64,000 nt of DNA, taken from NCBI GenBank assembly GCA_965661285.1, contig CBFIDD010000003.1:64001-128000 (forward strand), in the 5' to 3' direction. This document shows positions 42,171 to 52,335 of the stretch, piece after piece. Under the pieces are notes generated by a model that was given only the letters and a program-made list of their open reading frames with translations, had not been told where the DNA came from and did no database searches. Made by a program: the position numbers and the translations under genes. Every line of letters begins with the position of its first letter. Within the stretch, counting starts at the first letter, position 1. The DNA is from Poseidonia sp. GTDB lineage: Archaea; Thermoplasmatota; Poseidoniia; Poseidoniales; Poseidoniaceae.

Positions 42171-44011
42171 TGGACATCACCAACCTCAAGCGCGCCCCAA
42201 GCAATTAATTGCGCTCGAGCAGCCTGTGTGAGTGAAAACTTGCGACTTCTTCCAACCTGGCGTGCCTGAAGAATTCCACTCCTGAGAAGTCGATTGCTGA
42301 TCTGAGAAAGTCGTGCCCTCTTGATGCCCAAATGGTCGAGCATCGATGCGTCTGAAGGAGAATAATCCCGTTCTTGAGCGATGGCCACAACATAAGCGTC
42401 AGTGGAGTTGAGTGAATTCAAGACGGCGGGATTCAGTGGATGGACTTCCTTTGGCCCTAAGCGCTGGCGAAACCGTTCCTCAAAAAAAGCGAGAAGGCCC
42501 TCGTGTGCTTCTCCGCCCCCCGATGGTTGTACAAGCGCCAAAAGGGCTTGGAGGGTGTTGAGCGCATCGGCGTTTGACGATGGAGCAGACACCGGTTCGG
42601 GTGCAGGGAGGTCGCTTGAATCATCGATGATGTTCTCCAAGGTTACCGAAAAGGGAGGATCAACCATCCCGATTTCATCGTGGAGCATAACCGCAGATTC
42701 CTCTTCTGGCACAGGCTCATCGGGCAACGCTGGGAGCACCGATTCAGCGACATAATACTCATTCCCCTCAAAGGCAGCGATGAGTTGCTGATCGCCCTTA
42801 TCGCTTTTTGACTGCATCTCCTTCACCGCCTCATTGGTCGCCTTACCCCGGTCAGCAATCCTGCTAAACATACCAGAGGAGGGCCTGACGGCATCGGCAT
42901 CGATGATGGGTGAGGCAAGTGGACTCTCTTGGATGGGCTCGTCGCGGCCCTTCTCTTCGTCCAACCAACCGATGTTGAGCTCAAAACTTGAGGAGGGAGC
43001 CTTTTGTGAAGGCCCTGCATCTCCGCCCTTCTTGGATGGAAGAGGAGGACGTTGGTCCCAAGGCATGGAGGCGTCGATCACATCAGTGGACGGTCCAGGC
43101 TCAGGGGGCGTTTCTGATGCGATTTCGTCCGTCTCAAAAGGAAGCGGTGGGAGGCTCTCCTCCCCCACCGTTGCTTCATGGTTGTTTCCCGTCATGATTT
43201 GGTGCAGTGAATCGGGCTCGTCTCGCGGCAAAATCTTCGCCGATGTATCAGCATAATTGACTTCAAAGCCGTCTGGGTTTTGCATGCGAATCCCGTCCAC
43301 CACGTCACGAAGTTTTGTGATGACATGTGCCGGAAAACCCTCGCACTCATCGAGAATCCGGACCGCATCCTGCAGTGAAAATTCGCTGTCCATCACGCCA
43401 ACGGACGCCAAACGCTGGCGGACCAAGGCGAGCACGTCGTTGGCGGTGAACGGTGTCATGCGTTGGACTTCAAATCCCTCAATGACCGTTTGCGGGAGGT
43501 GATGCCGTTCCTTGACGTCGCAAACCAGGACCAACAGGGCGTTCAGACGTTCGAGGGAAGAATGTGCATCACGCAGAGCCACCTCAAGGACAGAAAGGTC
43601 GCTTGCGGGGACGTCGATGACGATCATGGGGAGCTTGTTGGGGTGACTGTACATCTCGTTCACAAGGTCGTTCACCAACTCCGTTCGGTTGTTTGGGGGC
43701 TCGCCACCAATCATTTGCCGATAGCACATGCTGAGAAGCGCACGCGCCGGGGACTGCGCAGGCAGGTGGTCGATGGTTGCAGAAGCCCCCGCATACGGCA
43801 TCAAGCATCGGGCCAGCGAGGTGCGTCCCGAACCAAGCGGGCCGAGCAACATGACTTTTCTGGCCGTGCCGAGTTGCAGGTAGGCCTTCAGTCGGGTAAA
43901 CATCTCCGTCCGCCCAACGAGTTTTCCGGATTCTCCGGACTCAAGCGGACGGATTGAAAACGGGTTGACATTCAAGGCCGGTAAGCCGTAAGCGTACGTT
44001 TCTCGAGACAT
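42167..44011 (-). CDS. AAA+-type P-loop protein with acidic linker and C-terminal winged HTH
   Basis: NPF..PL...LVGR, GPLGSGRTS, IVID, CEGFP; C-terminal LGIKRARLSQISNRLLRSGIL...GRSRKFSLT. ATG at 44011 (track start 44020). Confidence 0.7.
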   Translation of the reverse strand: MSRETYAYGLPALNVNPFSIRPLESGESGKLVGRTEMFTRLKAYLQLGTARKVMLLGPLGSGRTSLARCLMPYAGASATIDHLPAQSPARALLSMCYRQMIGGEPPNNRTELVNDLVNEMYSHPNKLPMIVIDVPASDLSVLEVALRDAHSSLERLNALLVLVCDVKERHHLPQTVIEGFEVQRMTPFTANDVLALVRQRLASVGVMDSEFSLQDAVRILDECEGFPAHVITKLRDVVDGIRMQNPDGFEVNYADTSAKILPRDEPDSLHQIMTGNNHEATVGEESLPPLPFETDEIASETPPEPGPSTDVIDASMPWDQRPPLPSKKGGDAGPSQKAPSSSFELNIGWLDEEKGRDEPIQESPLASPIIDADAVRPSSGMFSRIADRGKATNEAVKEMQSKSDKGDQQLIAAFEGNEYYVAESVLPALPDEPVPEEESAVMLHDEIGMVDPPFSVTLENIIDDSSDLPAPEPVSAPSSNADALNTLQALLALVQPSGGGEAHEGLLAFFEERFRQRLGPKEVHPLNPAVLNSLNSTDAYVVAIAQERDYSPSDASMLDHLGIKRARLSQISNRLLRSGILQARQVGRSRKFSLTQAARAQLIAWGALEVGDVQ

Positions 44012-44070
44012 GGATGTCAAACGATGTTCTGGTATATCATGTTTCAGCGAAGCAAGCAGGCGGAGAGACT

Positions 44071-44173
44071 CGTTACGAAGCGTTAATTCCTCTGCCAGAG
44101 CGCTTTTTTGCCCCTAAATAACGCATCATTAACGCAACATTAACGCGTTAACCAAACCGTTAATCCCGTTAAC
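44071..44173. repeat. Array of TTAACG/CGTTAA hexamers in divergent intergenic region
   Basis: A(A/T)TAACGC at 44117, 44128 and 44139 (11-bp period); CGTTAA at 44081, 44146, 44158 and 44167; CGTTAC at 44071; perfect palindrome TTAACGCGTTAA at 44140-44151. Confidence 0.75.
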
Positions 44174-44247
44174 CTGCATCGAACACCCACACCGCTGTAG
44201 CGATTGTTTGAAGGAACCCAGCCCCCACCCTTCACACGGGAAGCACC

Positions 44248-45546
44248 ATGCCGGTCGAGAACAGTCGCGTGAAAGGATTGTACAAACGCAGCGTGGAAGA
44301 GCGACGAAACCTCGTTGCTGCTGCAGCCAACCTGACCGATGAGCACATCACGGCCCTTTCGCAGCACGGCGAATTGGACGAAACCGCAGCTGACCGCATG
44401 ATTGAGAACGTCATCGGGACCATGTCGCTTCCTGTTGGCGTGGCCACCAACTTCGTCATCGACGGGAAGCACTACCTCATCCCGTTTTGCCTTGAAGAAT
44501 CCAGCGTGGTGGCCGCCGCCTCCAACATGGCGAAGCGCTGCTTAACGAACGGCGGATTCACCACGCAAAACGATGAACCCATCATGATTGGTCAAATACA
44601 ACTTCTGGGCGTTGAAGGCCTTGATGAGGCACAGCAAGCCATCCTCGGAGCGAAAGAAGACTTGATGGCCTTTTGTAACGATGTCCCTTCACGAATGATC
44701 GCCTTGGGCGGTGGGTGCAAAGATATCGAGGTTCGCCAGTTGGCGACATCTCTGGGCGAGATGCTCATCGTTCATCTTCTCGTTGACTGCAGAGACGCCA
44801 TGGGCGCCAACGCCGTGAACACCATGGCAGAACGCGTCGCACCTCGATTGGAAGCCTTGACCGGAGGACGAGCACACCTGCGCATCCTTTCCAACCTCGC
44901 TGGGCACCGACTGGCACGGGTACGCGCTACGTTCACGCCCGAAGAAATGGCGTCGGATGGAACACGGGATGACGGCCTCGCCGTGATTCAGGGCATCATC
45001 GAAGCCCACACCTTTGCCGTTGAGGACCCGTTTCGGGCCACCACCCACAACAAGGGCATCATGAACGCCATCAGCAGCGTTGCCCTTGCGTGCGGCCAGG
45101 ACTGGCGAGCCATTGAAGCGGGCTGCCATGCATGGACCACCATCGCCGATACCCGCTATACTTCGATGTCCTCTTGGGAACAAGATGAGGACGGGAACCT
45201 CATTGGGAGCATGTCGCTTCCCATGGCCGTGGGCATCGTAGGCGGGGCGTCAAAAGTTCATCCCGCTGCCCAAGCCAATCTGGCCATCTTAGGCGTGGAA
45301 TCTGCCCAGGAACTCGCAGGCATCATGCTCTGCGCAGGCCTCGCCCAAAACTTAGGGGCGCTTCGTGCACTTTCCACCAAGGGCATCCAAGCGGGTCATA
45401 TGAAATTGCACGCCAAGAACATGGCTGTTAGCGCCGGTGCAGTGGGTGATGAAGTGGAAGCGTTGGCTGCTCGGCTCCAAGCCCACGAGGGACATCGCTC
45501 GCAAAGTTTGGTCGAGCAGTGGCTGGAAGAGATGCGAAAGGCTTGA
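44248..45546 (+). CDS. mvaA: Class II HMG-CoA reductase
   Basis: ENVIG, EESSVVAAAS, DAMGANAVN, ILSNL, THNKGIMN, GQDWRAIEAG, GIQAGHMKLH. Confidence 0.93.
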   Translation: MPVENSRVKGLYKRSVEERRNLVAAAANLTDEHITALSQHGELDETAADRMIENVIGTMSLPVGVATNFVIDGKHYLIPFCLEESSVVAAASNMAKRCLTNGGFTTQNDEPIMIGQIQLLGVEGLDEAQQAILGAKEDLMAFCNDVPSRMIALGGGCKDIEVRQLATSLGEMLIVHLLVDCRDAMGANAVNTMAERVAPRLEALTGGRAHLRILSNLAGHRLARVRATFTPEEMASDGTRDDGLAVIQGIIEAHTFAVEDPFRATTHNKGIMNAISSVALACGQDWRAIEAGCHAWTTIADTRYTSMSSWEQDEDGNLIGSMSLPMAVGIVGGASKVHPAAQANLAILGVESAQELAGIMLCAGLAQNLGALRALSTKGIQAGHMKLHAKNMAVSAGAVGDEVEALAARLQAHEGHRSQSLVEQWLEEMRKA

Positions 45547-45548
45547 CC

Positions 45549-46157
45549 TCATTCTTCTTGAACGGGAAGCGATGACTGCACGGTCCCCGCATCTTCAGTT
45601 TCTTCACGCAGGATTTCATTCCGGTCTCCCAATTCGTCGAGGAGACCGCTGGACTGGACCTGTTCTCTGAACCAGGCCTTGACTTTCTTGCGGTCGGTGT
45701 GCGGACAGCCGAAGGCTTCCGAGAAACGCCGGGTCGTCGCTAAACGTCGGGTGTTCCCGTCCTTTCGACGGTCGATCATGCCGTGCTGGGCAAGTTCACG
45801 CACGTAATCGTAGGCTTTCTGACCAAGCAGCTCAACAAGACGAGATTGGGGCATGGGCTGGTGATAGGCGATGAGCGCCGCCGCTTTGAGCAGTTTTGGG
45901 GGCATGTCGGTCTTTGTCTCCTTCGGCAGATGAACGGCGATGCTCGGCTTGACTTCCAAGGCCCATCGATCTCCTACCTCTGCCAGTTGAAGCGCCCCAC
46001 CTTTTCTCCGCTTGAGCGTGGCTTGCAGCGAGCCAAGACAGTCGAGCATCTCATCTTCGTCATAGCCCAGCACCGTGGAGAGTTCCTCGACGGACATGGA
46101 TTTCCCCGAACTGAACAACGTGGCTTCGATGAGAGATTCCAAGGGTAATTCAGCCAT
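45549..46157 (-). CDS. scpB: SMC-Scp complex subunit ScpB
   Basis: IEATLF, AALIAYHQP, TT.RF.E.FG; last gene of smc-scpA-scpB. Confidence 0.9.
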   Translation of the reverse strand: MAELPLESLIEATLFSSGKSMSVEELSTVLGYDEDEMLDCLGSLQATLKRRKGGALQLAEVGDRWALEVKPSIAVHLPKETKTDMPPKLLKAAALIAYHQPMPQSRLVELLGQKAYDYVRELAQHGMIDRRKDGNTRRLATTRRFSEAFGCPHTDRKKVKAWFREQVQSSGLLDELGDRNEILREETEDAGTVQSSLPVQEE

Positions 46158-46169
46158 GTAACTCTCTCC

Positions 46170-47402
46170 TTACTCCACCAACCAATCGTGATGTTCCAGC
46201 CGATCTGACGTGGCGTCCTCTGTCTCGACTTCGACGGTTTCGTCGCCGGCAGATGCCTCTTGTCCCTTGGCCTCGTGTTCTGCCTTTGCTTCCATGCGCG
46301 CTCGGCGGCGGGCCTCGCGTTCTTCGGCCAGTCGGGCTCGTTCCGCAATGGCTTCCATCCTGTGCTCGGACCCGGTGGTCTCGCCGCCCAGAGCCTCGGC
46401 ATCTTCTGCCATAAGGGCCTCAACCGCTTCGAGAACGTCCTCGAAGACCGAGAGATTCGGCCAGAGGTCCTCGATCATGATGTTTTCAACGGCTTCGCCA
46501 TCCTGAGAGATGCTCGCCATCCGTCGGTGCGTCAAGAAGAGACCGGCGATAAATGAAGCCACGAAGGCTTCGCTTTGCGGGTCCTCGAGCGCTTCGCCGA
46601 ACGTCTCTTTGAGCACAGGTTTGAGTTTTGCAATGACGTCGACCAGAGGAACGATGGCGGAACCGGCCTCGGCACAGGTGGATTTTAGGGCCACCCAACA
46701 TCGTTGGATATCGCCTTCAAGGTCTTCGTTGTGCATTCGCCCGCCGACGTTTTCGAGGTACTCACTCAATTCACGCTCATGCTCGATACGATTGATTTCA
46801 CGCTGTTTGAGCGCTTCTGCATCGTCGGCAGCGTCTTTGAACGCAGAGAGCAATTCCGCCAGGGTCACCGGCCGGCCCTCATCGCGACGAACACGTTCAT
46901 CGAAGAGGGTTGACAGCACGTCATCTGCGTCGCCGTCCAAAACGGATTGTGTGAAGAAAAACGCCTCGTCGTCGTATTCGGATTCCCAACCAAAACCACC
47001 GTCGTCAATCCAGACCTCTTCCTCAACGGGCTGAATTTTGTCAAAAAGGACCGCCGACTGGTGATGGAGGACCTCCCAAGAGAGTCGAATGAGGCGTCCA
47101 CAAGCAGGAAGATCGAGGTTTTCACCCTCCTTCACACGCTCGGCAAAGACGTTGAGGAACGCGGAGAGGTCAACATCCCAAGGGTTGAATTCCTCATCAC
47201 GAACCAATGAGAGGACCAGCGCGACCGACCGGTCAAAGGGGTCGTGGAGGCTCTGGTGTTCCGCCTCTTCGGTTGCAGCGATGGTGGCGATACGCAAACC
47301 AAATTCCTCAGCATCCTCTCGCTCCTCACCTTGTCCGAGGAGTTGGTCGATGATTTCCTGCTGGAGGAACCACCGGTCGAGCATGCTTTGTTGTTCAGCC
47401 AT
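46170..47402 (-). CDS. scpA: Kleisin ScpA
   Basis: FNPWDVDL, RPVTLAELL, SFIAGLFL....ISQ; sits between smc and scpB. Confidence 0.85.
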   Translation of the reverse strand: MAEQQSMLDRWFLQQEIIDQLLGQGEEREDAEEFGLRIATIAATEEAEHQSLHDPFDRSVALVLSLVRDEEFNPWDVDLSAFLNVFAERVKEGENLDLPACGRLIRLSWEVLHHQSAVLFDKIQPVEEEVWIDDGGFGWESEYDDEAFFFTQSVLDGDADDVLSTLFDERVRRDEGRPVTLAELLSAFKDAADDAEALKQREINRIEHERELSEYLENVGGRMHNEDLEGDIQRCWVALKSTCAEAGSAIVPLVDVIAKLKPVLKETFGEALEDPQSEAFVASFIAGLFLTHRRMASISQDGEAVENIMIEDLWPNLSVFEDVLEAVEALMAEDAEALGGETTGSEHRMEAIAERARLAEEREARRRARMEAKAEHEAKGQEASAGDETVEVETEDATSDRLEHHDWLVE

Positions 47403-47411
47403 GAAATCACC

Positions 47412-50400
47412 TCACTGTTCACCGGATTCGATCGTTGCTTCAGATTCATCGGCTGTATCGGTTTCCAACGACTTCGCTTCGGCGACCTTCGAGGCCAGCT
47501 CGGCTCGTTCGTTGATGTCCTCGGTCAGGTCTTGCGTCCGCTCCATCAAAGCGCCCAGCGGGGCATCTTCTGCCTCGTCTTCATGCATGTGGGGCAACAA
47601 CCCCCCCAGGCTCTTGGGCACCGAAAGCTCTTCGGGAACGGTTGGCATGTCTTCGGCTGCGGCCACGGCGTCCATGATGCGGGACTCGTTCTTGGCAGCG
47701 TCTTTCTGCGCTTCTTTGAGGGCCGCCTCACCAAGCGCGATGGCACGCTCACGATCAAAGTCAAGAATGCGGCGACTGCAACCGTCTCCGCCGTGGGTAA
47801 TGCCGATGTGATGGTCGGCGAGTTTGAGAGAGACCTTGCGCAGGGTGACCATGATGAATTGCGCTCGCTTGCTGCGCTTACGACACATCTTCGCAATGCG
47901 TTCGGCATTGTAAGCATCGAGGTTTTGGTCCACTTCATCGAAGTAATAGAACGGGCTTGGGTCATAATCTTGGATAGCGAAAATGAGGGCGAGTGCCGCC
48001 ATGGATTGTTCGCCTCCGGAGAGTTGCTGACGGCTCACCTTCGAGGACTTGCCTCGGGGCTGAGCCCACAATTCCAGACCGCCCTTGAACGGTTCATCGG
48101 GGTTCTCGAGGAAGAGTTCACCTCGACCGCCGTCCGAGAGTTCGTGGTAGGATTTCTTGAAGTTCTCATTGACCTTCTCAAGCACGTTGACAAGGCGTTC
48201 CTTTCGTTGTGATTCGAGCTGTTCGGTAACATCGATCAAGTCCTTGCGTCGAGCTTGGAGGGTGGCGAATTCATCCTTCATCAAGTCAAGACGTGCTTCG
48301 CATTCATCGTATTGCTGAATGGCCATCATGTTGACATTGCCGAAGTTCTCCATCTTGCGCTGCAGGCCTCGGAGTTGTCGCTCCAACTCTCCGACATTCT
48401 TCAGGTCGTCTGGGAGGTCATCCAAGGAAAGGTCTGCTTCAATGAGTTCCTGCGCCATCAACTGAACTTCAGCCTCCTTTTCACTGATGGTTCGCATCAA
48501 TTCATCGGCCAGCCGGCGATGGTTCTGCGCTTGGTTGAGGCGCTCCTCGTTTCGCACTCGCAACGTGGCTCGCTGGTCGGTCAGTTCTTGCCGTTCTTGC
48601 TCAAGCCCTTGATTCTCTTCCAAGTACACGGCTTGCTCGTCTTTTTTGGCCTTCAGAGCCACCCTGTCGGTGGCCAATGTGGCTTCAAGTTCGTCAACCC
48701 GAACCAAACGGGCTTCTTTGTTCTCGTGAAGCACATCCAAGCGTTGCTTGGTCTCGTCCACCCTTCGTTGAAGGACGGTTTGATGGCTTGTTCCGCTGGC
48801 GATGGTCTCCTCTGCCTTTTCCTTGGCGCCGTTCGCTTTCACGCGCAGCAGGTTGGCATCGTGCATGCGTTCGCGAAGGTGCTCGGGGCTGGCGGCTTCC
48901 AATGCGGCCTTGGCGGCTTCATGTGCTTCTCGAGCCCCGGCAACGACGCGGTCAGCCGCATCGAGCGCTCGAAGAGCATCTTGGGCGCTTATACGGACCT
49001 CGTCCAGTTTTTCCTCCAAACCGGTGACGACATTTCCTGCTTTGGTATGGGCTTGGCCCACCTGCTTCTTTTCCGCCTTCAGTTCTCTGAGTTCGGTCGC
49101 GTACGTGTCGTCCACCATGGCGTTGATTTTGTTGCGGATGTGTTGCTGGGCGTTACGTGCCTCCCGGAGGGCTTCGGTGACCGTCGTCTCCATGAGTTGG
49201 TATTTCTCAACCTCTGCTGCGTGCTTTTCGACCTCAGTGGCGCCCTGAATGCGCCCGCCGAAAGCGATGCTCATCTTTCGCTTCGCACCGCCGACCATCG
49301 CCCCACCTGATTCGACAACGTCACCTCGCAGCGTCACAAATCGGGTACCTCCCATGTAGCGACGAGCGACGTTCATGCTCTCAACGATGAGCGTGTTGCG
49401 AAGCACAAATCGAACGGCCACATCGATACGAGGGTCATAATCCAACATTTCGTGGGCAAATCCAAGCACGCCATCTTTTCTCGCCGTCATGACGGTTTTT
49501 CCACCCGCACGTGAGCTAGCGAGTTTGTTCAGCGGCAGGAACGTGGCACGCCCCGCACGGTTTTCGGCCAGCCAACGAATGGCATTGGCAGCATCCTGGT
49601 CGGTCTCCACCACCACGGAGGCCATCCCAGCGCCGATGGCGGTGGCGAGGGCGGTCTCGTGGGCGTGATCTTTGGGTGCACAAAGTTCGGCCACCGTCCC
49701 GATGATGCCCTGGAGTTGTTGGTTATCTCGGGCGCCAAGGACAGCGCTTGCGCCACCGGCCAGGCCCTTTGCGCCGGATTTTCGTTCCATTTCCGATTTG
49801 GCCAGCGAAAGTGCACGCTCGGCTTCTCGAAGTTTGATTTCGATTCGCGTTCGGTCCTCAGCGAGTTGCGATTCAGAGCGCTGCGCTTCCGTCAACTGGC
49901 GTGCCAGCGATTCACGGTTGTATTCGGGGGCATTCTCGGCCATTTCTTGCAGCCGAATGTCCAACTCCCCAAGAGCGAGACGGATCTCCTCGCGCTCGGA
50001 TTGGGCTTTCGCCAGTTGCTCGCCGACCAAGTCGGCCTCGACAGCGAGTTTGTCGACCTCTGTTTGCGCTTCTTGACGCTGCTGTTCGTGATGCTCGACG
50101 ATTTCTTCTGCCGTGGTCAAGGCTTCGGTGAGGTGTTGGTTTTGTTCACCCGCCGTGGCCAACGCCTCGCGAATGCGCTGTTCTTCATCCTGCGCTTCTT
50201 GAAGTTCCAACATCGCCCCAGCAAGGGCTTCGTTTGCGGATTGGAGGTTGGTGATGAACGCGTCAAGTTCCTCGGTTGCCTCCTCCAGTTGTTCTGCGAC
50301 GGCTTGGGCTTCTTCCTCCTCTTCTTCCTCTTCACGAGCCGCTTCTAAAAGTCGGTCGTTGTTGAGTTCAATCGCCACCTGCAAGGCTTGGATAGCTTGA

Positions 50401-51311
50401 CCCAATTCCGACGTTTCGCCGCCAGTCAGGAGGTTGATCTCTTTCTGAATTTCAGCGATTTTATCGTCGAGTTCCAGCAACGTCTTCTCCGTCGCCTTGT
50501 GGTCGTCAAGAAGGTCTTGGCTCTCGTCGAGGTACTTCTGTCGTTGTTCGACATGGAACTTCAGTTCGTTCTTCATGGTCGCATAGCGAGATTGCAGGAG
50601 CATGGCGTTGGTCACGTGAATGGCATCGCTCACCTCTTTGGCTTGTTGGGCAACATGACGTTCTTTGGCCAGCGTTGAAAGGCGCTCAAGTTGTTCTTTT
50701 TCGAGCAACCCAATGCGGTCAAGATAATTCTCCACCATGTCCTTTTGCTTGTTGGCCTTTCGGATTTCGTCATCGTAGGAGGTCACCCCCGCGACGTTGT
50801 CGAGGACCTTGCGTCGCTCGTTCGCCGTCATTTTCGCAAGACTGGTGACGTCGCCCTGAAGCACGATGTTGTACCCGTCAGGGCGAGCGTTCGCCGCGCC
50901 GAGGAGGCGGTGAAACACTTTCTGAGAACTTTCCTCGCCGTTGAGTTTGTACGTCGTCACGGGGTTGTTTGAGGCAGTCAAACGAACGCTTCGCGACATA
51001 CGAATTTCTTCTTTGTCAAGGGGAAGACGACGGCGCCCGTTGCTCATCACTGGGTTGGCGAACACCAAGGTGACCGAACACTGGCGCGCTGGTTTGGAAT
51101 TCTTCCCACCGTTGAAGATGAGATCCTTTGAATTTTGAGCGCGAATCACGCGATTCGATTTCGGTCCGAGAACGAATTGAATCGCATCACCGCAGTTGGA
51201 TTTACCCGAGCCGTTTGGCCCGGTGATGGCGGTGAAACCGCGGTCCAGCGGGACGGTAACCTCGCCCTTGAACGATTTGAAATTCAGCACCTCAAGTGAT
51301 TTCAGATACAT
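47412..51311 (-). CDS. smc: Chromosome segregation ATPase SMC
   Basis: NFKSF, GPNGSGKSN, hinge GRATFLPL and GAMVGG, LSGGE, YFDEVD. Confidence 0.97.
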   Translation of the reverse strand: MYLKSLEVLNFKSFKGEVTVPLDRGFTAITGPNGSGKSNCGDAIQFVLGPKSNRVIRAQNSKDLIFNGGKNSKPARQCSVTLVFANPVMSNGRRRLPLDKEEIRMSRSVRLTASNNPVTTYKLNGEESSQKVFHRLLGAANARPDGYNIVLQGDVTSLAKMTANERRKVLDNVAGVTSYDDEIRKANKQKDMVENYLDRIGLLEKEQLERLSTLAKERHVAQQAKEVSDAIHVTNAMLLQSRYATMKNELKFHVEQRQKYLDESQDLLDDHKATEKTLLELDDKIAEIQKEINLLTGGETSELGQAIQALQVAIELNNDRLLEAAREEEEEEEEAQAVAEQLEEATEELDAFITNLQSANEALAGAMLELQEAQDEEQRIREALATAGEQNQHLTEALTTAEEIVEHHEQQRQEAQTEVDKLAVEADLVGEQLAKAQSEREEIRLALGELDIRLQEMAENAPEYNRESLARQLTEAQRSESQLAEDRTRIEIKLREAERALSLAKSEMERKSGAKGLAGGASAVLGARDNQQLQGIIGTVAELCAPKDHAHETALATAIGAGMASVVVETDQDAANAIRWLAENRAGRATFLPLNKLASSRAGGKTVMTARKDGVLGFAHEMLDYDPRIDVAVRFVLRNTLIVESMNVARRYMGGTRFVTLRGDVVESGGAMVGGAKRKMSIAFGGRIQGATEVEKHAAEVEKYQLMETTVTEALREARNAQQHIRNKINAMVDDTYATELRELKAEKKQVGQAHTKAGNVVTGLEEKLDEVRISAQDALRALDAADRVVAGAREAHEAAKAALEAASPEHLRERMHDANLLRVKANGAKEKAEETIASGTSHQTVLQRRVDETKQRLDVLHENKEARLVRVDELEATLATDRVALKAKKDEQAVYLEENQGLEQERQELTDQRATLRVRNEERLNQAQNHRRLADELMRTISEKEAEVQLMAQELIEADLSLDDLPDDLKNVGELERQLRGLQRKMENFGNVNMMAIQQYDECEARLDLMKDEFATLQARRKDLIDVTEQLESQRKERLVNVLEKVNENFKKSYHELSDGGRGELFLENPDEPFKGGLELWAQPRGKSSKVSRQQLSGGEQSMAALALIFAIQDYDPSPFYYFDEVDQNLDAYNAERIAKMCRKRSKRAQFIMVTLRKVSLKLADHHIGITHGGDGCSRRILDFDRERAIALGEAALKEAQKDAAKNESRIMDAVAAAEDMPTVPEELSVPKSLGGLLPHMHEDEAEDAPLGALMERTQDLTEDINERAELASKVAEAKSLETDTADESEATIESGEQ

Positions 51312-51390
51312 CCCTATCCCTCATGTGATGGAAGTTTCACTCCATCACTTTCTTACCACCGGTACTTTACGGGTTTTAAACAATACGAAG

Positions 51391-51413
51391 AACCGAGGCT
51401 CAGTGCCTCGGTT
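51391..51413 (-). terminator. Hairpin, probable terminator of the gene upstream of smc
   Basis: AACCGAGGC-TCAGT-GCCTCGGTT 9-bp stem about 30 bp past the stop at 51446, followed on the minus strand by T-rich sequence. Confidence 0.5.
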
Positions 51414-51445
51414 TTCAGCAGTCTTCGTTCGCCGCCGGAGCGAGG

Positions 51446-52213
51446 TCAAAACACACCGTTTTGATTGCACTTTTTACAGCCCGCGCCTTGACAATACGGG
51501 CAGGTGGCCATCACGAGCAAGTTGTTGCGTCGCCTGCTCATCGCAAGGTCCTTATCGGACTGCAAAAATCGAGAGCGCTCAACACGTTCCAGGCTGCGCT
51601 TGTTGTGCTTTTCAGAGGTGAAGAACGACGAGCGGAACGCACCGGCCTTTTCCCGGCGGCGCTCAAGCTTATCCCGGGTCTGTGCCACGGCCTCAGCCTC
51701 CCAATACTTTGGACCTCGAATCAGGATAACGCCAAACACGGCAAAGAGGATTTGCACGACCCACGGTTGTACCGGAAACGGAAACAACGTGGCCAGTCCT
51801 TCTGAACTGGCGGAGGTTGGGAGCAGCGCTAAGCGGTCCAAGACCGCCAAGGTACAGAGAACGGAGCCCATGATGAATCCGACCTTTCGTAGACGTCGAG
51901 CCCAACTTTTGTTTTGAGGAAGTTCAAAACCACAGACAAAGAGGAAAAGCCCTTCCATGAGCATCAGCACGTCGGCCCCGGACCACTGGCCTACTTCGCC
52001 AAGACAATACGATGTGCCGGTGTCCCGAAGTTCCTGTTCAACAATGTCAAACGAACAGCTTGGCTCAAACATCAACAACGCATCCAGTTTGTAGCCCTCT
52101 GCACCGTCGATGAAATAGGGAGCAACGCTGCCGAATTGAACGTTCACGAAGACAAACAACAGCATCGTCAAGCCCAGCAGCGTGAGGATTTTCCTGATTG
52201 GCAAACGGAACAC
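51446..52213 (-). CDS. Hypothetical membrane protein with C-terminal DnaJ-type zinc finger
   Basis: About four TM helices, basic cytoplasmic tail, CPYCQGAGCKKCNQNG. Confidence 0.7.
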   Translation of the reverse strand: MFRLPIRKILTLLGLTMLLFVFVNVQFGSVAPYFIDGAEGYKLDALLMFEPSCSFDIVEQELRDTGTSYCLGEVGQWSGADVLMLMEGLFLFVCGFELPQNKSWARRLRKVGFIMGSVLCTLAVLDRLALLPTSASSEGLATLFPFPVQPWVVQILFAVFGVILIRGPKYWEAEAVAQTRDKLERRREKAGAFRSSFFTSEKHNKRSLERVERSRFLQSDKDLAMSRRRNNLLVMATCPYCQGAGCKKCNQNGVF

Positions 52214-52335
52214 GCTTGGACCTCGTCTTTTCCAGACCGCCCTGCTAGATAGTGATTACGAGAACCGCATCGTCAAATCGAGCCATCACGGTCAAGAAGG
52301 GGAAGCCAGAGCATAAGGCGAGGGAGGAGCACGCA

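Noticed and set aside
44071-44173. Possible mini-CRISPR
   Set aside because: Repeats are 6-8 bp with about 10-bp spacing; no spacers and no cas genes.
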